IMG/VR virus record: IMGVR_UViG_3300027816_000052
Coordinates: 192,030-256,029 of that record
Direction: 5' to 3' (one strand)
Length of the DNA: 64,000 nt
The notes under the pieces were generated by a model. The model was not told the DNA's origin and made no database searches. It saw only the letters and a list, made by a program, of their open reading frames with translations. Shown piece by piece: positions 41,067 to 49,985 of the stretch (position 1 is its first letter; each line of letters starts with the position of its first letter). The translations under genes were made by a program, and so were the position numbers.

Positions 41067-42137
41067 ATGCAAATAATAAATAACAAATTAAAATATATAT
41101 TTATAATAATTTTTGGTTTTGTTTTCAACATTAAAACTTTCTCACAAACAGATTTGGTATTTTATGATTTTAATGTATGTAATAATAATCCTGATTATAT
41201 TTTTCCATATTTTAATGCAACACCTGTGACAACAACTTTACCACTTGGTTCGGGATGTAGTAGCATTAATGATGGATGTGCAGCCGGATGCCCCGATTTG
41301 ATTTGTACAAATAACAACACATCCTTTATAACAAAATCTTGGACTAGTCCAGCAATAAATCTCGCTCATTATTATGAGTTTACAATATCAACATATCCAA
41401 ATGTTTCGTTTTATTTAAATCAATTAAGTTTTAGTTTCAGAAGATCATCCACTGGACCCACCAACCTTGCTGTATATATGAATGGTGTTTCTCAATCAAT
41501 ATTTAATTCAACATCAACAAGTTGCGTTTCACTTGGTGCGGGAATTAATCAATTGGTGACTGGTTCAGCAAATTTTAAAATTTATTTTTGGGGTGGCTCG
41601 GTCGATGGGACAGTAAGAATTGATAATGTGAAACTCACACATTCGTTTACAACTTTACCAATTGAGTTAGTTTATTTTAATGTGAGGTCAATTGAAAATA
41701 AAATTAATTTAGAGTGGTTGACATCATCAGAAGTGGATAATTCGCATTTTGAAATTGAAAAGTCATTTGATGCGTTTAATTTCTATAAAATAGCCAATAT
41801 AATTTCAATTGGTTACTCACAACAAAATATATTGTATAATTATACAGATTTTAATGTAAATAATGATAAAATAATATATTATCGCTTAAAACAAGTTGAT
41901 TATGATGGTGATTATACATATTCACCAATAGTTTCAGTTAATAATAATTTTGATGCAATTTTAATACAAAATGGATTGGTTTCATTAACCAACCAACATG
42001 AATACAAAATAGCTAATATTTGTGATATCTCTGGGAGATTTATTCATGATTTGAATAATGGATCAGTTCAGCTAAATGCTGGAATATATTTATTAAGATT
42101 AAACGATAAAACCAAAAAAATTGTTTTAAACAATTAA
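41067..42137 (+). CDS. secreted protein resembling Bacteroidota T9SS cargo
   Basis: Signal peptide (..KTFSQ); TLPIELVYF...LEWLTSSEVDNSHFEIEKS...YYRLKQVDYDG Ig-like module; CTD-like ICDISGR...AGIYLLRL..KTKKIV end. Confidence 0.7.
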   Translation: MQIINNKLKYIFIIIFGFVFNIKTFSQTDLVFYDFNVCNNNPDYIFPYFNATPVTTTLPLGSGCSSINDGCAAGCPDLICTNNNTSFITKSWTSPAINLAHYYEFTISTYPNVSFYLNQLSFSFRRSSTGPTNLAVYMNGVSQSIFNSTSTSCVSLGAGINQLVTGSANFKIYFWGGSVDGTVRIDNVKLTHSFTTLPIELVYFNVRSIENKINLEWLTSSEVDNSHFEIEKSFDAFNFYKIANIISIGYSQQNILYNYTDFNVNNDKIIYYRLKQVDYDGDYTYSPIVSVNNNFDAILIQNGLVSLTNQHEYKIANICDISGRFIHDLNNGSVQLNAGIYLLRLNDKTKKIVLNN

Positions 42138-42169
42138 TTTGTTTTTCTAAACATTTTTATTTATATTTG
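42138..42169 (+). promoter_or_regulatory. Bacteroidota-type promoter
   Basis: TTTG-N20-TATATTTG upstream of the metallophosphoesterase. Confidence 0.7.
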
Positions 42170-42185
42170 CATATAAATACAAAAA

Positions 42186-42860
42186 ATGTTAATTACAATA
42201 ATATCTGATACCCACACAAAACATCATCACATTCCGAAAGAACATCTTCCGGGTGGAGACATGATTATTCATTGTGGTGATATTTCTTCGCGTGGTTATA
42301 GAGAAGAGGTTAGATTGTTCCTTGAATGGTTTACCGATTTAGATTCCTATACACACAAAGTATTCATTGCTGGTAATCACGATTTCTTCTTTGAAGATAA
42401 CCCACTCCAATCAAAGGAATTGGTTCAAGAATATTCAAATATAATTTATCTTCAGGATAATATGGTTGAAATTGAGGGGGTCAAAATTTATGGCTCACCT
42501 TGGCAACCAGAATTTTATAATTGGGCGTTTAATCTTCCAAGAAACGGTGAAAAACTTAAAGAAAAATGGAAAGCAATACCGGAGAATATTGATATATTAA
42601 TTACACATGGTCCACCGTTTGGTTGTTTGGACAAAACAATTCAGGGACAATCCGTTGGATGCGAAATTTTGACCGAAGAAATTAAAAGAATTAATCCAAT
42701 AATTCATTGTTTTGGTCATATTCATTATTCTTATGGTTATATGCAAAGAGACAATATTAATTTTATTAATGCGTGTTCTCTTGGTGAAAATTATGTTTAT
42801 CAAAACAAACCTTTGAACATTGATTTGGATATGTCAAATAGAATGATTAGCTTTGTCTAA
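42186..42860 (+). CDS. calcineurin-like metallophosphoesterase
   Basis: ISDTH, HCGD, AGNHD, ITHGPP, FGHIH. Confidence 0.9.
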   Translation: MLITIISDTHTKHHHIPKEHLPGGDMIIHCGDISSRGYREEVRLFLEWFTDLDSYTHKVFIAGNHDFFFEDNPLQSKELVQEYSNIIYLQDNMVEIEGVKIYGSPWQPEFYNWAFNLPRNGEKLKEKWKAIPENIDILITHGPPFGCLDKTIQGQSVGCEILTEEIKRINPIIHCFGHIHYSYGYMQRDNINFINACSLGENYVYQNKPLNIDLDMSNRMISFV

Positions 42861-42871
42861 ACAAAAAACAA

Positions 42872-43018
42872 ATGAAAAAATTAATTTTTGCACTTATTAT
42901 TGTTATTTTTGCATCTTCCTGTGCATCACAAAGATGTCATGGTGTTGGAAACACAACACATGCACTTAAAGCGAAAAAGCAGCAACAACAAAGAACGTTT
43001 TCACAATTTCCTTTCTAA
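42872..43018 (+). CDS. 48-aa lipoprotein (not in track)
   Basis: MKKLIFALIIVIFASSC: signal peptide with lipobox Cys. Confidence 0.55.
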   Translation: MKKLIFALIIVIFASSCASQRCHGVGNTTHALKAKKQQQQRTFSQFPF

Positions 43019-43593
43019 TGTTTAAACATAGTTTTTCATATTATTTTAGAAATACTTGGGAATTTATCCGATGGGATATTCCAAGATTTTTTAAGAACAT
43101 TTGGAGGTTCAGGAGAGAACTTAAATCCTTTGGTGGTTGGGACCGGTATTATACTATCTCAATGCTAAGAAGGTCTTTGATTACACAGAAAGAATCAATG
43201 GAAAAGTTCAGCAATGAATATGAACCAACACTTAGATTGAAACTTTATTATATGAAGAGAGCAATTTATTTAACGGATTGCATTCTCGAAGATAAATTTC
43301 ATGATATGGCGGAAGCTAGACTTGGTTATAAAACAGTTTTTAGAGATTTTAAATTTGAACCAATTGAAGGTTCTACCAGTAAAAGATTGGTTTTTGATGA
43401 AGAAAGCGAAGAAGAAAGACAAGCGAACTGGAAAATTTTTGAGGAATCTTCAAAAATTGAGAAAGAAGTTTGGAATGAACTTTTTGATATTTTAAAAGGC
43501 GATATCTATAATGTTGATATGTATACCGAACATAAAGGTAAAGCATATGAAGATGTTCACAATGGTAAGGGTTTAATTAATTGGTGGTACTAA
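43018..43593 (+). CDS. hypothetical protein
   Basis: ORF track. Confidence 0.55.
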   Translation: MFKHSFSYYFRNTWEFIRWDIPRFFKNIWRFRRELKSFGGWDRYYTISMLRRSLITQKESMEKFSNEYEPTLRLKLYYMKRAIYLTDCILEDKFHDMAEARLGYKTVFRDFKFEPIEGSTSKRLVFDEESEEERQANWKIFEESSKIEKEVWNELFDILKGDIYNVDMYTEHKGKAYEDVHNGKGLINWWY

Positions 43594-43605
43594 AAAAATA
43601 AAAAC

Positions 43606-43920
43606 ATGTCAGGAGGTTATTTTGATTATAAAAAATATCAACTTAATGATATCATTGATGATATTGAAAGAGTTTTAAATAGACAAGGAAAAGAAAGACC
43701 AAAAGAAGAACGTTGGTGTAGTGATGAATATCTTGAAAAATATCCAGAAGAAAAATATTATCCAACCTATTCAAAAGAAATTCAAGAAAAATTGCAAGAA
43801 GCAATTAAATCATTAACAATTGCAAGAATTTATGTACAAAGAGTTGATTGGTTTTTATCGGGTGATGATGGCGATGAATCATTCTTGAGAGAATTGTCTG
43901 AAGAATTGGATAAGGTATAG
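43606..43920 (+). CDS. conserved phage-type hypothetical protein
   Basis: MSGGYFDY...VDWFLSGDDGDESF. Confidence 0.55.
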   Translation: MSGGYFDYKKYQLNDIIDDIERVLNRQGKERPKEERWCSDEYLEKYPEEKYYPTYSKEIQEKLQEAIKSLTIARIYVQRVDWFLSGDDGDESFLRELSEELDKV

Positions 43921-43943
43921 ATATTTATTGAAAAATAAAAATC

Positions 43944-44207
43944 ATGAGTACTGAAATGAGAAAACTCATAAATGAGTTTAATAACATTAACGAATCAAGT
44001 TTAAATAGAATATATAGTCATATTCAAAAATATGAATGCGCAATTATAACAGCGTTTAAAGGTAAGTTAACTAACTGTAGAACCGAAAATGATAATGAAA
44101 AAAGAATATATATTAGACAGAACAAGGATAGAAATAAACTTTTAAAATCAGCTTTATTATTTTTTGGATATCAAATTACAAAAGTAAAAGGTACTTATGT
44201 TGAATAA
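43944..44207 (+). pseudogene. probably 3'-truncated virion-type gene at the distal edge of the cassette array
   Basis: INESSLNRI...AIITAF...RNKLLK...GYQITKVKGTYVE stops abruptly and is followed at once by a half hairpin of the array. Confidence 0.45.
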
Positions 44208-44335
44208 ACCACAAACCCGCCACTTGCATATACACGCTGTTATAAGCAGGTGCGGTATTATAGCACAGAACTTGATTTGAAAGACGAAACCTTTTTCTTT
44301 TCTTTTTGTGTGGTGGGAAAATAAAATTTAAAATA

Positions 44336-46309
44336 ATGAATAAAGTATTATTACCAAAAGAAGAAATTACACAGAAGTTAGATAGAGATAAACTTACTTT
44401 ATTGAACGCTTCTATCAAAGATTATGTGAACAACTTGTATGAAAATTCAAATGATGAATACATTATACAAGATGGTGAACCATACGCCAATGGAGAATTA
44501 CATTTGGGACATTTTTTAAACAAAACCTTGAAAGATTTTGTTGTAAAATATTACTTAACAAAAGGTAAGAAAGTTAGGGTTTCATTTGGTTGGGACTGTC
44601 ATGGTTTACCCATTGAAAATAAAGCAAAAGAAATGAGTGGTGATTTAATTCAAAATGCTAAATTAGTCGCAACCAAATATTGTGATATTCAAAATAAAAC
44701 TCTTGAACTTTTCGGGATTTATCCAACTGAAGGTAGGTTTAAAACTATGGATATTGATTTTATAGAAAGAGAATTATATATATACCACCAACTACTAAAT
44801 GCGGGTCTAATTCTTAAAAAGAATAAGCCTACTTGGTACTCACCAACATTAAAAACAGTATTGGCTAACTCAGAAATTGAATATAAAAAAATAGAAGATG
44901 AATCTTTGTATTTTCTATTCAACTCTGATAGTTTTAAATTACTTGTTTGGACAACAACAGAATGGACTGTAAACGGAAATCAGGCAGTATGTTTAAGTAA
45001 TAATATAAAATATGTTAAAACTGTTGACAATATTATTTGTAGTGAAAGTTTTGCTATTGAAAATAATTTAGATTATGATTTGTTTGATGTGAGTAATATT
45101 AAGTCATATCATAACCACAATGGAGATTTATGTCCAATTATTTATGATGACTACGTTTCAGATGATAAAACAGGTATAGTACATCTTTGCGGTGGACACG
45201 GTGATGAAGATTATCGAATTTTAATGGATAATAACATAACCCCCAAAAATGTGTGCGATAAAATCGGCTTATTAAAACACATAGAAGATTTTAAAATTGA
45301 TGAAAAGTTTGTATATAAACGTGAAATTTACACACACGATTATCCAATTGATTGGCGTGAAGGGAATAAGGTGTATAAAGTATTAACGGAACAAACGTAT
45401 CTTGATTTTGATTTAAACAAAATAAAGACTTGTTTAAAAGAAATAAAGTTATCATCAAAAGACAGAAATCGTTTATCAACGACAATATTTTCACGCAAAG
45501 ATTGGTGTATTTCAAGACAAAGAAAATGGGGTGTTAAAATACCTAATAGTAATGATATATTGGATGTTTGGTTTGATAGTGGTTCTACATTTATGATGTA
45601 TGATAAACCTGCCGATATATACATTGAAGGTTCAGACCAACACAGAGGGTGGTTTCAAAGTTCGATTATATTAGCATCAATGATTGGTCGAGTACCAACA
45701 AAAAGAATAATAACACACGGATTTATTGTTGATAACACATTAGAAAAACTATCAAAATCAAAAGGTAATGGCGGAAGTTTGGAAAAGCTGTATGAAACAT
45801 ATAACCCTGATGTATTAAGACTATGGGTTTTACTGTCAGATTTTAAAAACGATATTGTCTTTTCGGAAGATTCATTAAAAAACTCTGGTAAACAATATTT
45901 TAAAATAAGAAACTTTCTCCGTTATTTATTTAATAATCTATATATATATGATTATGATGAAACAAAAGTTGATGAAAATATTTTTTTTAAAGTAAAAGAG
46001 TTGGAAAATAAATTTGATTTACTTGTCAATGAATTTGATTTGAATAAAGCAGTAAGGGGTTTTGTTGAATTTATAAACTATTATTCATCTTTGTTGACGG
46101 AGGATATTAAAAATGAATTTTATGAATCTGACACAAATTCCAATATGAGAATTAAATATGAAACAGAGTTTTACTATGTTTTAAAACACTTAAATAAACT
46201 ACTTTTTTCGATTTTACCATTTCTTTCTATGGAAATAAAAAAAGCGTGGGAAGAAAAAAGAAAAGAAAAAGATTTACATGTAGGGACTATATTTGGAAAC
46301 GAGATGTAG
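44336..46309 (+). CDS. ileS: compact isoleucyl-tRNA synthetase (cassette 1)
   Basis: DGEPYANGELHLGH (HIGH), GWDCHGLPIE, WTTT, DWCISRQR, DVWFDSGS, EGSDQHRGWF, KLSKS (KMSKS). Confidence 0.88.
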   Translation: MNKVLLPKEEITQKLDRDKLTLLNASIKDYVNNLYENSNDEYIIQDGEPYANGELHLGHFLNKTLKDFVVKYYLTKGKKVRVSFGWDCHGLPIENKAKEMSGDLIQNAKLVATKYCDIQNKTLELFGIYPTEGRFKTMDIDFIERELYIYHQLLNAGLILKKNKPTWYSPTLKTVLANSEIEYKKIEDESLYFLFNSDSFKLLVWTTTEWTVNGNQAVCLSNNIKYVKTVDNIICSESFAIENNLDYDLFDVSNIKSYHNHNGDLCPIIYDDYVSDDKTGIVHLCGGHGDEDYRILMDNNITPKNVCDKIGLLKHIEDFKIDEKFVYKREIYTHDYPIDWREGNKVYKVLTEQTYLDFDLNKIKTCLKEIKLSSKDRNRLSTTIFSRKDWCISRQRKWGVKIPNSNDILDVWFDSGSTFMMYDKPADIYIEGSDQHRGWFQSSIILASMIGRVPTKRIITHGFIVDNTLEKLSKSKGNGGSLEKLYETYNPDVLRLWVLLSDFKNDIVFSEDSLKNSGKQYFKIRNFLRYLFNNLYIYDYDETKVDENIFFKVKELENKFDLLVNEFDLNKAVRGFVEFINYYSSLLTEDIKNEFYESDTNSNMRIKYETEFYYVLKHLNKLLFSILPFLSMEIKKAWEEKRKEKDLHVGTIFGNEM

Positions 46310-46316
46310 CACTTGC

Positions 46317-46436
46317 TTATAACGGTTGCAAATATAAAACGTTTTAAACTAAACTTAAATTGAAAAACAGTATATAAATATAAACCAACAATAAATTTGG
46401 AACGCTGAAATAAATGTTTTATATTTGTTGTTATAA
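46317..46436 (-). repeat. attC-like hairpin 1
   Basis: CTTATAAC-GGTTG-CAAATATAAAACGTTT ... AAATGTTTTATATTTG-TT-GTTATAA. Confidence 0.8.
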
Positions 46437-46456
46437 ACACGTTAAATTATTTTATT

Positions 46457-46735
46457 ATGAAAACATATAATGTAAAGTATGATGTTGGACAAGAAGTATA
46501 TATACTTTTATCCAAAAAAATATTTAAAAGTAAAATTGAAAAGATTAGAATTGTTCATGGGGTACCTTATATCAAAGGCGAAACAATGGAACAAATGGAT
46601 GGAATTGAAATTGATTACTTGGTTGTAGTTAATGAACAATTCTATCCTTCAGGTGGACATTTATCTAGTTATGATTGGTATAAACAGGATGATATTTTTT
46701 TGGATAAAGATGAACTGTTGCGGAAAATAATTTAA
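46457..46735 (+). CDS. cassette 2 hypothetical protein
   Basis: ORF inside segment 46430..46746 bounded by GTTATAAACA/TGTTTATAAC. Confidence 0.6.
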   Translation: MKTYNVKYDVGQEVYILLSKKIFKSKIEKIRIVHGVPYIKGETMEQMDGIEIDYLVVVNEQFYPSGGHLSSYDWYKQDDIFLDKDELLRKII

Positions 46736-46739
46736 TTGT

Positions 46740-46793
46740 TTATAACGTCTGATGATAAACAATCGTTTTAATGTGTTTTATTTGCTGTTATAA
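46740..46793 (-). repeat. attC-like hairpin 2 (same family as hairpin 10)
   Basis: TATAAC-GTCTGATGATAAACAATCGTTTTAATG...GCT-GTTATAA. Confidence 0.7.
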
Positions 46794-46817
46794 GTATGTA
46801 ATTTACAATTTATACCT

Positions 46818-47063
46818 ATGAAAAAAACGAAAAGAAAAATACATATTGGAAATGACCTATGGTTTTATTGGGTTGGTTCTGGTAGATGGGGTGAGGTAAC
46901 TCATGTAACGATATGTTCACCAGATGAACAATATTATAAAATAGATGCAAGTGATGTTGCAAGTAGTGAAATGTATGTTGGTGCGGAAGGGTCATTTCCA
47001 ACACAAATATTACCGTCAAAAGTTAAAGAATATATTGAAAATAAAATAATAAATAAATTTTAA
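46818..47063 (+). CDS. cassette 3 hypothetical protein
   Basis: ORF inside segment 46787..47078 bounded by GTTATAAGTA/TACTTATAAC. Confidence 0.6.
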   Translation: MKKTKRKIHIGNDLWFYWVGSGRWGEVTHVTICSPDEQYYKIDASDVASSEMYVGAEGSFPTQILPSKVKEYIENKIINKF

Positions 47064-47071
47064 ATTATTAC

Positions 47072-47166
47072 TTATAACGGTTGGGTGTATGAGAAGGTTT
47101 GCTTAGATGAACTTTCAAATTAACCACTGAACTTTATAGCAAACTTTCTTATACACCTTGTTATGT
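47072..47166 (-). repeat. attC-like hairpin 3
   Basis: 20-bp stem GGTGTATGAGAAGGTTTGCT / AGCAAACTTTCTTATACACC between TAAC and GTTA. Confidence 0.85.
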
Positions 47167-47234
47167 GTAGGTGTGGTTAATTAAGGTAGAATGTTAAATA
47201 GTAGAAATGAACAAAAATTTTAAAAGAAAAATAT

Positions 47235-47645
47235 ATGAATTATAAACAAAAAATTACAACTATCAATTATTTTGAAAAGGTGGTTAAAATTTCTCTAACA
47301 AGAGAAGAGTGGAATTCATCTGGAACTTGGGTAGAGTCAATGATGAAAAAAGGTTGTGAAAGACTGAGTAAGGATTGGTTTGAAGATTTACATCACTTAG
47401 TTATGCGACCAATAAGTGACGAAATAAACTTTTCTGGTAAAAACTATACTTATGATGTGGATATAACATTTGATATACCAAGAGAATTACTGAGAATGTT
47501 TGTATATTCAATCGGTCAAATTGCTTATGATTTTGATGTTAAAGGTATAACTTCGGTTACTGCTCAAAATATAGTGGGAAAAATAAACAAACAATTAAAA
47601 GAACAACTACCAAATGATGATAAATGGTTTCATTATGGATTTTGA
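47235..47645 (+). CDS. cassette 4 hypothetical protein
   Basis: ORF inside segment 47160..47710 bounded by GTTATGTGTAGG/CTTACACATAAC. Confidence 0.6.
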   Translation: MNYKQKITTINYFEKVVKISLTREEWNSSGTWVESMMKKGCERLSKDWFEDLHHLVMRPISDEINFSGKNYTYDVDITFDIPRELLRMFVYSIGQIAYDFDVKGITSVTAQNIVGKINKQLKEQLPNDDKWFHYGF

Positions 47646-47703
47646 TTTTTCTTTTAAAATTTTCAACCGAAATGTTGATTAGAACGATGAACGGAACGCT
47701 TAC

Positions 47704-48179
47704 ACATAACGTATATCGGCTAAACGCAGTATTTAAAAACTTTTGCGAGGGAAATAATTAATCAATTAAATAATAATAATTAAAAACAAAAAGTAAAATG
47801 GAAATCAAAACAAAATTTGACGTAAACAATTTGGTGAAAAGAAAATTCGACACCAATTCAAAGAACCAGATGAGTGCTTTGGAAGTAATGGAAGTGATTG
47901 CACAAACTTGCTATGCAGGAACGCAGGTATTTTATTTGTGCAAACATGTAATTGCTCAAAAGGAATTTGTAGAAAAGTATTCTGAAAAAGGAGAATTTAC
48001 TTGGGTGATTGCTCACAGTATTTCACAAGAAGAAAATCAGGCAGGATGGAGAAAATACCGTGAAGATGAATTGATAGAAGCACCAAAAGAAGTGATTGAC
48101 ATTATACTTGGTAATTCTTAATTGTTCAATTGTGCGGTGGGAAAGTTTTTAAATATTGTCGTTTTAGCCGTTGTTATGC
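47704..48179 (-). repeat. giant attC-like hairpin 4 with a gene in its loop
   Basis: Arms CGGCTAAACGCAGTATTTAAAAACTTT (~47717) and AAAGTTTTTAAATATTGTCGTTTTAGCCG (~48142) about 400 bp apart. Confidence 0.75.
47798..48121 (+). CDS. hypothetical protein located inside hairpin 4
   Basis: ORF track; A-rich leader; lies between the two stem arms. Confidence 0.6.
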   Translation: MEIKTKFDVNNLVKRKFDTNSKNQMSALEVMEVIAQTCYAGTQVFYLCKHVIAQKEFVEKYSEKGEFTWVIAHSISQEENQAGWRKYREDELIEAPKEVIDIILGNS

Positions 48180-48244
48180 GAAGGTGTGGCAACTCCAAAA
48201 TTTCAAATTATAGACAAAACTTTCTTGCCACACTTTTGCATAAC
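48173..48244. repeat. empty 72-bp cassette segment 5
   Basis: GTTATGCGAAGGTGTGGCAA ... TTGCCACACTTTTGCATAAC with no ORF. Confidence 0.8.
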
Positions 48245-48322
48245 GGTTGTAAATATGAGAAGTAAATTTTACCTATAAAAATTAGATAAATCAAAATTTA
48301 TTTCTTATATTTGTTGTTATAA
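48238..48322 (-). repeat. attC-like hairpin 5
   Basis: TAAC-GGTTG-TAAATATGAGAAGTAAATTTT ... AAAATTTATTTCTTATATTTG-TT-GTTA. Confidence 0.8.
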
Positions 48323-48353
48323 GTATGTAAAACAAACTAAATAATAATTAAAT

Positions 48354-48584
48354 ATGAAAATTGAAGGTCAAATTACGCTAGATGGTATATTATATACACT
48401 GTTTATTTTATTCTGTTTATTTTTAACAATAGGTAGTTCTATTAGTGGGTGGTGGTATTTATCACACTTTGGATTCAGTGTAAAACAATTTTTGGTAAAT
48501 ATTTTAGTTTCGTCTTCAACTTTATTTATGATCTGGATGATTTTCACTAAAATATTTATTATAAAAATAAACAGAATAAAGTAG
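48354..48584 (+). CDS. cassette 6 two-TM membrane protein
   Basis: Two hydrophobic helices; segment 48316..48604 with a ~23-bp terminal IR. Confidence 0.6.
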   Translation: MKIEGQITLDGILYTLFILFCLFLTIGSSISGWWYLSHFGFSVKQFLVNILVSSSTLFMIWMIFTKIFIIKINRIK

Positions 48585-48597
48585 TTTGTTTTATTAC

Positions 48598-48728
48598 TTA
48601 TAACGGTTGAGTATAACCGAAGGTGGGGATTAGAAGTGCCGAACCCTGACTTACCTACAAAAGTAAATTAGAAGCACAATATCTGAATGTTGGAACTACA
48701 CCCCACTTTTGGTTATACTTTGTTAGGT
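48598..48728 (-). repeat. attC-like hairpin 6
   Basis: AGTATAACCGAAGGTGGGG / CCCCACTTTTGGTTATACT stem. Confidence 0.85.
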
Positions 48729-48748
48729 GTATGTAAATTTTACGGATT

Positions 48749-48937
48749 ATGAAAGATATACAACTGTTAATTGATATGAAAGTTTCTTTAGGTAGGGAAA
48801 CATTATTATTTCAGATACTTGGTAAGTATGGTGATAAAATACCAATGGAACTTCAAGAAGAACTACGAAAATTGGCAGAAGAAGAAAGAAACTTTGGTGA
48901 AATGAAGAAACGAACTTTGAAGGGTGTGTTGGAGTAA
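48749..48937 (+). CDS. cassette 7 hypothetical protein
   Basis: Segment 48722..48954 bounded by GTTAGGTGTA/TACACCTAAC. Confidence 0.6.
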   Translation: MKDIQLLIDMKVSLGRETLLFQILGKYGDKIPMELQEELRKLAEEERNFGEMKKRTLKGVLE

Positions 48938-48947
48938 AATTTATTAC

Positions 48948-49040
48948 ACCTAACGGTTGGGTGTATGAAACGTAGCCACGCACAATACTTAATATAAACC
49001 ACAGACCTTAATTGGCTATGTTTTATACACGATGTTAGCA
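48948..49040 (-). repeat. attC-like hairpin 7
   Basis: GTGTATGAAACGTAGCCA / TGGCTATGTTTTATACAC stem. Confidence 0.85.
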
Positions 49041-49146
49041 GTAGTACGGATTTAAACTACAAATGCTCATTCGGAGAACTGAACCTTTTTCTTTTCTTTT
49101 TTGTGGGTTGGACAAAATAAATTTGAAAAATTTAAAAATAAATAAT

Positions 49147-49380
49147 ATGAAATTAGAAACAATTGTAAAAGTTACACCAGATGGTGGAGTTGAAATTCCT
49201 TCTGATATGAAAGTTGGAACTGGATTGATGAATATGGTAAAAGAATTACGTGATAATGAATGGAGAACATTTGAACATCACGATAATTGGATTAAAAACG
49301 AACATTATCCAAATCCAACATTTGAACAACAATTTGATACAGGTAATGCTTATAAAGAAATGTTAAAAACTAAAATTTAA
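49147..49380 (+). CDS. cassette 8 gene a, hypothetical
   Basis: ORF 49063..49380; ATG (MKLETIV) after an A-rich leader preferred. Confidence 0.5.
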   Translation: MKLETIVKVTPDGGVEIPSDMKVGTGLMNMVKELRDNEWRTFEHHDNWIKNEHYPNPTFEQQFDTGNAYKEMLKTKI

Positions 49381-49384
49381 AACT

Positions 49385-49984
49385 ATGATGAAAATTGAAG
49401 CAAAAAAAGACGGTAAAGGAAACATTGTAATATCGGAAGATTCCTTTGAAATGATACTGGCTTGTTTAGATAATCAAAAATTTGTTGGTGAACAGCCACA
49501 AAATGGTGATTCGCTTTCGGTAGGCGAAGACAACTATTGGAAAGGACAAGAAGATATTCAAAACACTATTGACCATTATAATAGAGAATGTAGAAAAATA
49601 TTACATCAAAAATATGTTTTAAGAACAGAATCTGATGGTTATTTTCTTGCTAAAAAATATGAACATCAAACAGAAGATACTGAATGGACTGGTGAAGATG
49701 TTGGATTAGTGTATGAACTATTCAAAGATACAAGAATAATTTATAATGAAACAAGAGATTTATTACCATTAGATGGTAGTGAAGAAATTAAGGAAGGAAG
49801 TACTCCAATTGGTAAAACAAAAGATGGGTGGATTGCAGTTGAACAAGAATCAAGACCTTGGTTAATTGAAAGAGCATTGGGATATGATGGTGATTATTTA
49901 ACAATTTCTGAAGATGGCAGTAAGAATAGACCTTGGAAACAAGATGAAATTCGAAAAATTATAAACATATTTAATAATAAATAA
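49385..49984 (+). CDS. cassette 8 gene b, hypothetical
   Basis: ORF track; three-gene cassette 49034..50406. Confidence 0.55.
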   Translation: MMKIEAKKDGKGNIVISEDSFEMILACLDNQKFVGEQPQNGDSLSVGEDNYWKGQEDIQNTIDHYNRECRKILHQKYVLRTESDGYFLAKKYEHQTEDTEWTGEDVGLVYELFKDTRIIYNETRDLLPLDGSEEIKEGSTPIGKTKDGWIAVEQESRPWLIERALGYDGDYLTISEDGSKNRPWKQDEIRKIINIFNNK

Positions 49985-49985
49985 A

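Noticed and set aside
44306-46309. Mupirocin-resistance mupA/ileS2 call
   Set aside because: Motifs look IleRS1-like (EGSDQHRGWF) and the protein is much shorter; resistance cannot be inferred from sequence.
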